Positions 51,746 to 63,230 of a DNA stretch of 64,000 nucleotides are shown one piece after another. The notes under the pieces are model-generated. The model had not been told where the DNA came from and ran no database searches. It was given only the letters and a program-made list of their open reading frames with translations. The DNA comes from a virus (Duplodnaviria > Caudoviricetes): the IMG/VR virus record IMGVR_UViG_2751185671_000004, positions 96,001-160,000 of that record, one strand, 5' to 3'. Position 1 is the stretch's first letter; every line of letters begins with the position of its first letter. The position numbers and the translations under genes are program-made.

Positions 51746-53149
51746 ACAAACTAAAAAAGGAGGTCAAAAGCTGGGAGTGTATTAACTGCTCCCATTGTTA
51801 AGGCATCATGAATTATCGGTACCACCCATATTGACGGATAATGATACAGAGTATTATGGCCGCGTCAGCTACTATGGTTCCCTGCTACCGATTTATGAGA
51901 TTGATCATACTAAGGCAAAAGTGATGTCACCCAAAAAAGGTGATATTTTACCGTTTTAAGAAGGCAATTTTGAAAAAATTTTATCGGATCACATTCAGAA
52001 CAAAGCTAGATACATGGGTCAATGAGTTACAGTGAGATCTGGATGACTAGGTGGAATAGTGTAATAAAAACAAAATATATCAAGGAAAAGTGTGCTATAT
52101 TCGAACACCTTGTAATACATTGGTTATAATGTTTAGCATTCAGTTGCATACCAAAGTTAAAGTTCCCTCAGTCTGCACACCCATATTTTCCAGAATAGTT
52201 TCTAAATTTGATATCTCAACAATATTAGGCACAGGTAACTTTTCTAAACCAATGATATTAAACCATATCATACATTAAATAATAATCTTTTCTTAAGTAA
52301 GAAATTGTTAATCTGATTTTTATTCATCATCTAAAAATAGAGTAGTTTCACCTATTGATGACTTTTTTAATTTTATACGGTTTAATATAAGTAGTGCTAC
52401 CCATTGACAAGAACCCTCTACAGTTGCTGCATAAATATCAATAACTATTTGTGGATTACTATTAATAGACGCGTCAATAATTTCATATAATTGAGATTCG
52501 TAGTTGCGTCTAACTGTTCTGCTCTCCGCCAGGTGTTATGAGCATATAGATAATAGATTGGCTTAAGCGATCAATACCTACTCCCTTATTTCTAGTGTCG
52601 ACCAATTCCATTTAAGATTAAAATAATCAGGTGCGTATTTTTTAAATTTTGGAGGTATGAAATTGAAATTCAGCCACCTAAAACTAAAGGGCCAAAACAT
52701 AAGGCCTTGTATAATATTTCGGTAAATAAACATGTTATCTTTCTTTAATGCAACAACACATGCCACCCAATAAGAAAGCTACATAAATTTATACGCACAG
52801 GATTTCGCCCTTAAGCATAGCTCGACAATATAATTAATAGCAGCGAGAAAGATGAGATTATTTATATACACTATATACACTATTAACAATACATTGAAAA
52901 ACATTATGCTTTGGCATTTAACACCTTTTTACTTTCATAACCTTATTTTAATAAATAATTTTTTTCAGCTACATTCTAAATACTGGAAGTTTTAAGGCGC
53001 ATTAAAATGACAATAAATAAAAAATATTTTAAAAAGTCGTATTAATTTTTTATGAGATGATAGTTAGCTCTCACTTTTATAGAATTAAGTATTAAAAAAA
53101 ACATATATAATTTAATAATAATTTTTCACACACAACAATCGGTAAAACC

Positions 53150-53689
53150 AAAATAAATATTAAACATACTTGCTTTTCCGCTATTATCGGTGCCTCTTTA
53201 TTTTTTAGTCAACTTAGCTTTGCAGATATTACACAGGGAGTTTTTGAACCAGGAAAATCACTACCAATAGGAATATCAGTAGGCGATACTAGAGCAGAAG
53301 TCGAATCAGTGCTGGCAACCATACCTGAGTTTGATTTAAATGATCCAGATAATACTATTTGTGACGCCCATAATAATTGTTTTTATTTCGCAGAAGTTAG
53401 CACGGATAATTTTGAAGTTTTAAAAATTAGTTACCTAGATGACTCTGCAAGAAATCTTACTTGGACATTCGGAGACTGGACAGTGAATGGAGTATCACTA
53501 AATGATATTGCTGAGGAGACATTTACGGAATCAGTTTTGGTCGCAGCTTTTCCAACAGCACGGTTAGCTCGGATCGTGAATTTTAGAGGTGTTAGAAGAG
53601 TAGTTATGACAAGTCACAGCGAAGGTGTAAGTATTGTTAATGACTCATTCCTAGGCACTCTTGCAGGAACAATACAAGAAAAATTTTGA
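53150..53689 (+). CDS. Hypothetical exported protein; signal peptide lies upstream of the called start 53309 and has no canonical ATG
   Basis: In-frame KHTCFSAIIGASLFFSQLSFAD upstream; hairpin plus T-tract after stop. Confidence 0.45.
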   Translation, partial: KINIKHTCFSAIIGASLFFSQLSFADITQGVFEPGKSLPIGISVGDTRAEVESVLATIPEFDLNDPDNTICDAHNNCFYFAEVSTDNFEVLKISYLDDSARNLTWTFGDWTVNGVSLNDIAEETFTESVLVAAFPTARLARIVNFRGVRRVVMTSHSEGVSIVNDSFLGTLAGTIQEKF

Positions 53690-54184
53690 CGTAAACTATG
53701 TTGACCATACAACACAGTTTACGTTTTTAGTTTATTATTAAATTTAAAAGAAGTGTTATTACCATAGTAACACTTCTTCATAAGTGTGGATTAAACTTAC
53801 TAATATGATATCCAAGCTTTGTATCTCATTCTTTAGTTATGATATTGCCATCCATCGTAAAATCTTTGAGTTCCTTTGCAATTCAAAACTAAAATGATTA
53901 GCTACTGTTTGCCTTAATTTTGGACATCAAAAATTTATATTCGACTACCTAAAAGTAAAATTATTCCACAATAATAATTATCTGCCCCGTTAGAAAAACA
54001 ATCATCCACTTAAACTTCTCTTCCTATAAAATCTTTTTCACATGAGGGGCGACATTGACATATTAAAACCACAAGGTATTAATCTTTATATATATTCACT
54101 CACCTCATCATGTTATATTAGAAGGGACAAAAAATATACCACAGACGAGCTTAAATATTTAATATCAATAACAGAATACCTCTT

Positions 54185-57046
54185 CTAAATAAGTTTTTTT
54201 ATTAATTTTTTAGCTTTATCTTTCTCATCTTCCGTTATTTCCAATAGCTTATCCAAATCTTTAAAGGTACAGCTAGGATCTAGGGCTTTTTTAATCCAAC
54301 TGTCTATTGAACTCCCTTTTAGGCCCAGCATACTATCATCTCTAGATTCTGCATACTTTTCTATACTATCATAGATTTTTTGCTCGTCTTCTGGCAGGTT
54401 TCCGTCAAAAGGACGGTGACCATAGGCAAGTTCAATAGCACTTATACCTAGTGACCATATATCTTGATGATTATCATGTAACCCGTGGCCCCCATTTTTA
54501 TCAGCGGCTATATATGCTGGTGATTTGTAATGAGGAGTAGTCACCACTGTATCAGTAGGTGCTTTTTCTATCGCCGTAGTTCCAAAATCTGCGATCTTAC
54601 TAATAACTTTTGCTTTCCTTGAAGCAATTTCAGGATCTAATTGCAGTAATATATTATCGGGTTTTAAATCTCTATGCACAGCTTTACCATCCATAAATTT
54701 AAGTCCTTCAGATACTTGTGAAATGATAAATTTTGCAATCGTTGTTCGATCTCGTTGAGAGATTTCACCACTACGCTCAAATGAATCCAACTTTTCAAGT
54801 AAATTTCTTACTGATCCTCCATTATAGAATGGTAAAGCCATATAACCTCTGCCTTCTACAGTTCCGAACCCTGCATAATCACATATATATGGAGATGCTA
54901 GCTTATTAATTTCTTCAAGTGCTTTTTTTTCCGTTGTAAAATCCTCTATCTGTATTTTCATTAGCTCTTCACGCTTTTTTGGGTCAACGGGTATATTTTT
55001 ATCCATGTCTCCTTTACTTTCTACCGATCTGTATTGAAAATACTTTTTCACTACGATTTTATTTTGATTATCCGGGTTCTCAAATAAAAATGCTTCCCCT
55101 CCAAAACCTGTACCTAACTTTTTTATTTCCTTGAATGTTTCTTCTCCAATAATTATCGATTCAACACCGTGTGCATCACGATAAGCTTGCTTAATACTAG
55201 ATACAGTTCCATCTAACGATGGCTCAACATTCAATATAGAAGCGCCATCTGGTAGCTTAAATTTATCCAACTTAGATACACGTCTTTGATTACTATCATA
55301 AGTATGTCCGAAATCTGTAGGTAACTTATCTTTCTTAACATTAGCTTCCACTTGACGATCTATATCATGAAGATTGGATTTATTATGTATTAACTTAGAA
55401 AGGTTAGAAGGTAAAGGAATTTCAAACCGCGACCCGACAGAAATACGATACGGTATAGGTTTACCTTCGAGCGAGCTAGTTGCTTTTGGAGAAATTATTG
55501 TTGCACTACTTTCTCCTACACGTATTGCACCACTGCGTGATTTTAAATCTGTACCTGGAATTGGGACGTACCCCGGTATAGCTGTAACTCGAGTAGAGGC
55601 ACCAGCAATATTTGGCATCAAATCGGACAAATGCAGCAACATATTATTAACTCTACGCTGAGAGCTAGGCGATACATCACCATTCAATTCTTGAAGAAAT
55701 TGTTCCGGTACATCTGGGGATGATTGGCCTGGAGCAGCAGAAATCTTACCATTTTTTACATAGGTACCATCTTCATTCGTAACATTTAAAACACAACCCG
55801 AAGCACCATATGGAGTAATATGAACCATAGGCTTACCCATAATGTAAGACTGGGGAAAATTTGACATGTCCTGATGGCTTGTAATAGCACCGGCATATTT
55901 AATATCAATGGATCTCTGGGCAGAAGAATTTAGTTTATCATCAAACTTCCCAGTATTAATTCCACTCGCATTAATCAAATAATCAAACTCTTTCTTTTTA
56001 TCATGATCGGTAACTTGTACTTTTTTTGGCTTTCCCGGGATATGCTTTTCCTGAACATTACTAGGTTCGACGAAAGTGTTTTCTTTGATATCTACATTTT
56101 GTAGCTCATTTCTTATAGAAACTTTAGCTCGCTGAACGTTTATACCTGGTTCATGGACAAGTGCAATCGGCCATTGTAACTCGTCTATAACATTAGCATC
56201 TAGTTGTTTAGACCACTGACGAACCCATTCATCATTTCCTGACAACTTATTTGATTCAGTTCTCAATTTTAAAATATCTTCTTTCGTATACGATTTATAA
56301 TATTTATCGACATCACCAAACACTTTATTTGAATAATCTTCCTGAACTTTAGATTTATAAAGTGAAGCTTGGCGCTCAGAAGCAGATACCAACATTTCAG
56401 CAGTCCGGGAATCATTCTTCTTCAATGCGAATATTGTTGGTCGATTATTCATTGCATCGGGTAAAATTTTAGCAAATTCTAGACTAGATAAAAAAATTTC
56501 ATCTCTTTCTTTAGCTGGCAAATGACTATAACCAGGACCACCACCGTACAAATGTGCTGGGATTTTACTCGCTCCTTCTAAAAGACCGTTTTTTTCATAA
56601 ATTGTTACATTATGTCCAGCTCGAGACATTTGGATCGCAGATAAACAGCCGGCAAACCCCCCTCCAATTATACCGATATCCTTTTTTTGAAACTTCGTCG
56701 GATAAGCGTTTTTCGGCATAATCAGGTTATTAATCTTAGCCGTCGATTGGTAGTCAGAACTGTCTTGTAAAAGATAGTGAGTAGACTCTGATCTTATGTT
56801 GTTATTTAAAGGCGTAAAATATTTAATATCCGACAGAGATTTACTCCTTTTCATCGCTGTACTCACGCTCGTATCGGGCAATGAATTTATAACGACTTTC
56901 GCATTAATAAGTCCTTGGGTGTCGGCTTCGATAGATAATTGCGGTTTAGCACATGTAGAGATAGCATCCGCCAATGGATTAGTGGTTGCTCCTGCATAGT
57001 TAACAGAATGTCCGTATGCTTTATAGTCAGATATTTTTTGTAACAA
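54185..57046 (-). CDS. FAD-dependent oxidoreductase fused to a eukaryote-like Ser/Thr protein kinase
   Basis: IGIIGGGFAG...IYEK; LGTGFGG, VVKK, HRDLKPDN, DFG, DIWSLG; AGGAGA RBS before TTG. Confidence 0.8.
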   Translation of the reverse strand: MLQKISDYKAYGHSVNYAGATTNPLADAISTCAKPQLSIEADTQGLINAKVVINSLPDTSVSTAMKRSKSLSDIKYFTPLNNNIRSESTHYLLQDSSDYQSTAKINNLIMPKNAYPTKFQKKDIGIIGGGFAGCLSAIQMSRAGHNVTIYEKNGLLEGASKIPAHLYGGGPGYSHLPAKERDEIFLSSLEFAKILPDAMNNRPTIFALKKNDSRTAEMLVSASERQASLYKSKVQEDYSNKVFGDVDKYYKSYTKEDILKLRTESNKLSGNDEWVRQWSKQLDANVIDELQWPIALVHEPGINVQRAKVSIRNELQNVDIKENTFVEPSNVQEKHIPGKPKKVQVTDHDKKKEFDYLINASGINTGKFDDKLNSSAQRSIDIKYAGAITSHQDMSNFPQSYIMGKPMVHITPYGASGCVLNVTNEDGTYVKNGKISAAPGQSSPDVPEQFLQELNGDVSPSSQRRVNNMLLHLSDLMPNIAGASTRVTAIPGYVPIPGTDLKSRSGAIRVGESSATIISPKATSSLEGKPIPYRISVGSRFEIPLPSNLSKLIHNKSNLHDIDRQVEANVKKDKLPTDFGHTYDSNQRRVSKLDKFKLPDGASILNVEPSLDGTVSSIKQAYRDAHGVESIIIGEETFKEIKKLGTGFGGEAFLFENPDNQNKIVVKKYFQYRSVESKGDMDKNIPVDPKKREELMKIQIEDFTTEKKALEEINKLASPYICDYAGFGTVEGRGYMALPFYNGGSVRNLLEKLDSFERSGEISQRDRTTIAKFIISQVSEGLKFMDGKAVHRDLKPDNILLQLDPEIASRKAKVISKIADFGTTAIEKAPTDTVVTTPHYKSPAYIAADKNGGHGLHDNHQDIWSLGISAIELAYGHRPFDGNLPEDEQKIYDSIEKYAESRDDSMLGLKGSSIDSWIKKALDPSCTFKDLDKLLEITEDEKDKAKKLIKKLI

Positions 57047-57110
57047 ATTTAAATCTCCTGATTTTTTTAGAATGTGGAAAAAATTTTATAAATTATTGCA
57101 AATACGCTCG

Positions 57111-57137
57111 TATGTATCGCAATAAAAAAAACAGTTC
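57111..57137 (-). promoter_or_regulatory. hrp-box-like ECF promoter
   Basis: GAACTG-N15-TACATA, 65 bp before the start. Confidence 0.55.
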
Positions 57138-58303
57138 GTTATGTAAAAAAAAAATATAAAATACTAAATTAACCAATCTTTCCGTTCTAGTTTTTCAGAT
57201 ATACTTAACATATATACTTTATACTGACTCTTTATCAACCAGTCCATAATATATTTTCGAATACCACAGTGTTATTTATAATAACCTTCTCTATACGATC
57301 TTGCCCATTTAGAGTGAATTTTCATCATAGTTACTTACTCCGTTCTGATGACAGTTTGATAAATAGAGTTTTGAGAAAGTTATTCATACTTTATACATAT
57401 TTTTCTGCCTATTAGAAGTTAGGTTGAGTGTATATACTATCGTCTTTTTCACCCTAAAAACGCCCATAAACAGCTCACAAAAAACGATCATTTTCGAAAA
57501 AATATGCTTATCACACGAACTTTTACCATCAGCAAGAAATTATAAATAAGAGAACGTAGTATTAAACTTTTCAATTAGGACAAACCTATGTTGGGTTTGC
57601 CAATTCAGTAAATAAAGTAAATTTATGAGACTTTAATTATGAATTTCGTTACAACTGGAGAAATAGATGTAAATTATGGAAGTTATAAAAGAGAAGATAA
57701 CCTCATAGGGAGTATAATTAAACCGAATGATAAAAACCGTAAACAATCAACTTCGTACTCTTAATTCAACAATAGATACAATACAATCCTAACGGTTTAC
57801 TGTTATAATGTAATTTATCAAATAGCTGTAAAGGGTATGTTCTCGATGCCTTTAAACCAAATCCCTATTCCTAAAAAATAATAACTCTAACTGTCGACTA
57901 TGGATATTAAATGCGACCAATGCTTTATCGTATTTAATTTAAATAATAGTTATATTACTAATAATTCAGTTTCTTACAATGTAGAATTAAATAGCGAGCA
58001 CAATAAAATTATTGGGTTTTTTCTTTAGACCCACATTTATTTGTAGCTGGCGACACTAAGTTATAATATGTAGATATTGGTTTTGTATATACATTTTACA
58101 ATATGTATAAACCATGCACTTAAATTGATCAAAAAAAATATTCCTCTTAACTATGTTAAATATAGTCATACGTATTAGTCGATAATACTAAACGGCCATG
58201 TAAAAAAGTGAAAATATGGCGCATAGAAAACAACTTCATTACAATGCCTACTATAATTATCTGGGCTCAAATTATATGAATAATTTACTCTCTTTAATTA
58301 AGA

Positions 58304-59575
58304 ATGTTTACATATATTAAACTATTAAAGGTTAAGGAAATGATGGGAAATTCAAAGCTAATTATTACTAGCTTACTATTTTGTTTTCTAACTTCTTATA
58401 AAGTTATAGCTGCAAATCTAATGATGAGCAATGAAGTTACTATAGCTTACGATCAATGGCCAGCTGCTCTGCAATATGCAACTATTGATACAAGTATAGA
58501 AAACTCACTTTCAGATATAACTGGGTTTGAAACAAGCAAATGGGATGACTTTGGCACTAACTCGGGTTGGACAGCTCAAGTCGTTGGTGATTTTAATAAT
58601 GATGGCTTAGATGATGTTGCCAATTTTCACCCGAGTAATGGGACTTGGTGGGTCTCTATTTCTACCGGCACAAGCTTTAACACAACACAATGGGATGACT
58701 TCGCTACTAGCTCAGGTTGGACGAGTCAGGTCGTCGGTGACTTTAATAATGATGGCTTAGATGATATTGCCAATTTTCACCCGAGTAATGGGACTTGGTG
58801 GGTCTCTATTTCTACCGGCACAAGCTTTAACACGACACAATGGGACGACTTTGGTACTAACTCAGGTTGGACAAGTCAGATTGTCGGTGATTTTAATAAT
58901 GATGGCTTAGATGATATTGCCAATTTTCACCCGAGTAATGGGACTTGGTGGGTCTCTATTTCTACCGGCACAAGCTTTAACACGACACAATGGGACGACT
59001 TTGGTACTAACTCAGGTTGGACAAGTCAGATTGTCGGTGATTTTAATAATGATGGCTTAGATGATATTGCCAATTTTCACCCGAGTAATGGGACTTGGTG
59101 GGTCTCTATTTCGGCCAATACAAGCTTTAATACGACACAATGGGATGACTTTGGCACCAACTCGGGTTGGACGAGTCAAGTCGTCGGTGACTTTAATAAT
59201 GATGGCTTAGATGATATTGCCAATTTCCACCCGCATAATGGGACTTGGTGGGTCTCTATTTCTACCAACACAAGCTTTAACACGACACAATGGGATGACT
59301 TTGGCACTAACTCAGGTTGGACGAGTCAAGTCGTCGGTGACTTTAATAATGACGACTTAGTTGATATTGCCAATTTCCACCCGAGTAATGGGACCTGGTG
59401 GGTCTCTATTTCTACCGGCACAGGCTTTAATACGACACAATGGGATAACTTTGGCACTAACTCAGGTTGGACGAGTCAGATTGTCGGTGATTTTAATAAT
59501 GATTACTCGGATGATATTGCTAATTTTCACCCGAGTAATGGCACTTGGTGGGTATCCAAAGCTACGAGTAATTAA
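58304..59575 (+). CDS. Secreted FG-GAP/VCBS-like 7-bladed beta-propeller
   Basis: Signal peptide; 7 x WDDFGTNSGWTSQVVGDFNNDGLDDIANFHPSNGTWWVS. Confidence 0.85.
   Translation: MFTYIKLLKVKEMMGNSKLIITSLLFCFLTSYKVIAANLMMSNEVTIAYDQWPAALQYATIDTSIENSLSDITGFETSKWDDFGTNSGWTAQVVGDFNNDGLDDVANFHPSNGTWWVSISTGTSFNTTQWDDFATSSGWTSQVVGDFNNDGLDDIANFHPSNGTWWVSISTGTSFNTTQWDDFGTNSGWTSQIVGDFNNDGLDDIANFHPSNGTWWVSISTGTSFNTTQWDDFGTNSGWTSQIVGDFNNDGLDDIANFHPSNGTWWVSISANTSFNTTQWDDFGTNSGWTSQVVGDFNNDGLDDIANFHPHNGTWWVSISTNTSFNTTQWDDFGTNSGWTSQVVGDFNNDDLVDIANFHPSNGTWWVSISTGTGFNTTQWDNFGTNSGWTSQIVGDFNNDYSDDIANFHPSNGTWWVSKATSN
58541..59557 (+). repeat. 150-bp coding tandem repeat x7
   Basis: Units start at 58541, 58691, 58841, 58991, 59141, 59291 and 59441. 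Confidence 0.95.
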
Positions 59576-59580
59576 CGAAT

Positions 59581-59611
59581 CTCCCCCGCTCAAACTTTTT
59601 AGGTGGGGGAG
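59581..59611. terminator. Hairpin between convergent genes
   Basis: CTCCCCC...GGGGGAG. Confidence 0.45.
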
Positions 59612-59725
59612 TTACCAATAGATAAAGTATTCAGATCAGCCATCAAGTGTTCATTTACTTTCCGGCCACCAGATTATTACTCAAATTAATGAATAGCAGA
59701 GAGTCTTTCGCGCGCTCATAAGGGA

Positions 59726-61030
59726 CTATGGTAATTCATCCAACCACTCAATAATAACCGCAGCACCACGATTACTGGCTGACTCTTCAGATCCGGGGCC
59801 TCTACAAGGTTCTTCTGCTACACGTTGCCAATCTTCGTCAAGATAATTGGCAGGCACTCTAGCTGTAACGCCGGTAGTGCAATTAATAAAACCTGTTTCT
59901 ATCGATGAGAATAGCGGTTCCGCAATAGAGGAAATAAAACCACTACCGCCATAACCAAATGCAGTCCTATTAGTACCTGAGCAAGAGCCAGTGGAAAGTT
60001 GTCCCCCCATATAGCCGGCACCACCACCACCACGGCCTACTCTGCAGCTTGCGGCCATATTATCGCTAATGGTTAAATTGGCCGGATCATTACCATTACG
60101 CCCATTTCGAATTCCAAATCTCCCATCACTACTCGCTCCTCCCCCGCCTGCTACTATTATTGCCCGTGCTTGATCACTGGAAATAACAGCTTCCGTACCA
60201 CTAAAAATGCCAGATAAGCCTCCACCTGAACCGCCGAAACCATAATGCCCCACGCCACCATTATTACCCCAACGTCCAACAACAACGGTATATACTTCTC
60301 CCGCAGAAATAGGAATTACCGCTGTTGTATAACCTCCCACACCTCCACGAGCGCCATTATCGCGATTTCCTCCTGCCCCCCAGGCTTTAACTCTCATAAA
60401 TTTAGCTCCAGCGGGGACAACAGTAGACTGATCACTCCCCACATGGAAAAAATCTTCTTTACAAGCATTTTTATCCTCAGAAAGCAATTTTTTACAAGCA
60501 AGTATTGGTTCTCCAGGTTCATCAATCTCTTTGCTTAGATAGGAAATTTTTACAATACCGGGATTATTAGCGCACCCTCCCTGCCCTATTAGAGTAAGTT
60601 GAATATAATATTTACCATTTATTATTTTTATTCTTTTATTTACTAACTCAACAACAGAGTCTAGCTCTTCGGTCAATTTATTTTGCTCATGATCTTGTAA
60701 TTGATATGTTTTAACAACTTGCTTGCCACTCCAATACAAGTAAAACTTGCCCCTACCAAGGGTTTTATAATGTATCGGCCCTTCATAAATGCCACAATCA
60801 TTAGATTCGCCTTTAGCAAAAATTGATGCCGCTGCAAAAGCACCATTATCTACGGTTATTGTTCCATTTCCATAAAATGTTATTTTCCCTTCAGTGCTTG
60901 AGTAAAGAGGATCAACGGTTTCATTTCTAACATTCCAGGTGCCAATTAACTGTTCCTTAGATATTGATATCGCCTTAGCAATATCAGTGAAAAATAAACT
61001 TATAAATAGAAATAACACTTTTTTTATCAT
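59726..61030 (-). CDS. Secreted protein with glycine-rich (ALK/LTK-like) domain
   Basis: Signal peptide; VKAWGAGG, IIVAGGGG, GGGGAGYMGG, GGSGFI. Confidence 0.7.
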   Translation of the reverse strand: MIKKVLFLFISLFFTDIAKAISISKEQLIGTWNVRNETVDPLYSSTEGKITFYGNGTITVDNGAFAAASIFAKGESNDCGIYEGPIHYKTLGRGKFYLYWSGKQVVKTYQLQDHEQNKLTEELDSVVELVNKRIKIINGKYYIQLTLIGQGGCANNPGIVKISYLSKEIDEPGEPILACKKLLSEDKNACKEDFFHVGSDQSTVVPAGAKFMRVKAWGAGGNRDNGARGGVGGYTTAVIPISAGEVYTVVVGRWGNNGGVGHYGFGGSGGGLSGIFSGTEAVISSDQARAIIVAGGGGASSDGRFGIRNGRNGNDPANLTISDNMAASCRVGRGGGGAGYMGGQLSTGSCSGTNRTAFGYGGSGFISSIAEPLFSSIETGFINCTTGVTARVPANYLDEDWQRVAEEPCRGPGSEESASNRGAAVIIEWLDELP

Positions 61031-61537
61031 ATATCACCCATGTAATAAGTTAAGGGAAAAGGTGCTGCTTTTCAGCGATAAGATCTTACTATTTTCTATC
61101 ATCTACGCGAGCGCTAAAGAATAATTTAGTCGCTTAATTCTTCTTAAGTAATTTATTTGTTACCTATATAATTGGCTTTAAAGATATTTTCAAATGTCTA
61201 TTAGACTATATAAATAAGCTGGATAAAATTCTCAGAAAGTTGATTACAAAAAATAACACAGCACAAATTTATAGCACTAAATTCATGGCACTATTATGCT
61301 CATCAGAGATCGCCGAAGAATATACAACTATAAGATAAGCTAATGAGATAGGTTAGAAAAGTTATAGTAATAGTAACTCCCGCAAAAGTGACAGCGTAGT
61401 AAAATTAGATTTATGAAATTCGTAGCGCAAGGCTAGCATGTAGATTTAGAATACACCTAAGGCGTTACTTTTCTCAACGGTCAACCAAGTCAACGCCAAG
61501 ACGTGTATATTTAAAATTAATTGAGCAGACGACATGC

Positions 61538-62338
61538 CTAGGCTACTTTGATTAGTTTACTAATTTTATTTTTTGCCCGTCGTAAAAAACTCTCCTCAAA
61601 ACTTAGTTCTTCACGTTTTCCAGATTCATTTAAAAATACAGTACTATGTGATTTTTTTGCCTGTTCCCCTCTTTCTCCTGCAGTGTAATAATAAAGCGCT
61701 AGAGACATACGACTTCTATCTTCTGGGCAGTTTAAAGGCTCGGGATGACCATGAAAACTAGTATTAGTGGTGGTAAAAATTGCCATTCGATTATAGAGTG
61801 GTAGCAGACGTTTTTGACAGCCTTCACGCTTTTCATCCCACAATTCAAGATGACCACCCCACTCCTCTTTCCAATCTTTATTGAGATACACGAGTACATT
61901 TAATCTTCGATAAACGTTCATTGTTGTATGTTCGTTAAAATCAACATGAACACCCAACTTACCACCACGAGGTATCTTATGAAGACCTCCGCCAACAAGA
62001 TAAGGATCTGGGATCAAGCCCTTGATGCCCGTCAAATTTTCTAGAAAATTAAGAAAGGGTTCAGAATTCAAATTATGAATAAATGCTCTTGTTACTGGTT
62101 GAAGATTGATATCTCGGTTCATCTGAAGTTTTTTTTCATACTTAGATTCAAATTCCTTCCATTGTTTTTCACCTTCTTCGAATTCATTAATTATTATATC
62201 AAGGAGTTCAGGCTCGAACACATCGTCGTATACACCATGAGCATAAGGATGTGAATTTATATAGCGTTCTGATTCAAACTCTGCAATCTGCTCAAGTTTA
62301 GTGATAGGAAGTAGCTGGTTATGATTTAAATTAAACAT
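61538..62338 (-). CDS. 2OG-Fe(II) oxygenase (prolyl-hydroxylase-like)
   Basis: GGGLH, HVD, LVYLN..W..EWGGHLELW, HGHP, RMSLALYYY. Confidence 0.9.
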   Translation of the reverse strand: MFNLNHNQLLPITKLEQIAEFESERYINSHPYAHGVYDDVFEPELLDIIINEFEEGEKQWKEFESKYEKKLQMNRDINLQPVTRAFIHNLNSEPFLNFLENLTGIKGLIPDPYLVGGGLHKIPRGGKLGVHVDFNEHTTMNVYRRLNVLVYLNKDWKEEWGGHLELWDEKREGCQKRLLPLYNRMAIFTTTNTSFHGHPEPLNCPEDRSRMSLALYYYTAGERGEQAKKSHSTVFLNESGKREELSFEESFLRRAKNKISKLIKVA

Positions 62339-63230
62339 GCTTGGAACTCCTGTAGGACTTCTTCAGACGAATAAAATATAAGTTATCTGGTAATAGGCTG
62401 GTTTTATCGACTTAGAGTTAATATATCAGATTTTTGCATGAATATAATTCTTCGTCAATAAAGTAAACAATTCACTAAGACCCAGAAAAGATCCAGAATG
62501 AAACATAAAGAGTCAGAGCGTCGAGGAAGGCGATATATTTAAATAACTTTAAAATAATTTAATAGAAATATCTAACTTATTATAGGCGACAACTTCGTAC
62601 ACATTAGTTCCGATATGCTTTACGAAAACATACAAACATTTTGAAACTCCTATTAGTCAATTTCCATACTAAAAATTTCAGCTAAAGACTGATTAGTAAG
62701 AAAACACACTGTGAAAAACCTTTATGAGTCATTCTCAAAACAAAACATGATTTATCTCAACACATACAAAATTAAGAAAAGAGAAAAGCTAGGCAGTAAT
62801 TTTTTGGTTTTTCTTAAGCGAAAAAAACTACTAAAGGCAGATAGAAATTCATAAACATATAGCCTCCAAATCCATTATATTTAATTATTAAAAGCCTATA
62901 TTTTTCGCAATCAATAATGCGGCGTAGATTTCACCTTAATAAGACAAAGTACAATTCAAAAATATGACAAAAAAATATTTTAAACGACAATTTATCATAC
63001 AGATAACGAATACATTACCTTTAGAGAAAACTTTATGATCTAATAATAAAATCATAAAGCATAGGAACTACGAATATTTTTTGGGAACAAGTATTAGAAA
63101 AAATGAAAAATAAAAATGGAGGAAAAAACTAGAGTAATTTAATACGGCTTCGAATTTTTAGACAAGCACGTTCTTTTTAAATATATAAACATTGTATTCA
63201 TTTAAATTATAATTACCTTAAGGATAGAAA

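Noticed and set aside
51750-53150. Short ORFs in the AT-rich interval
   Set aside because: Under 65 aa, no RBS or motif support; probably decayed sequence.
58541-59557. 150-bp repeats as CRISPR or DGR template
   Set aside because: Contiguous coding repeats with mostly synonymous variation; no reverse transcriptase nearby.
62826-62847. AGGCAGATAGAAA as a fourth I-F repeat
   Set aside because: The 5' half of the hairpin is absent.
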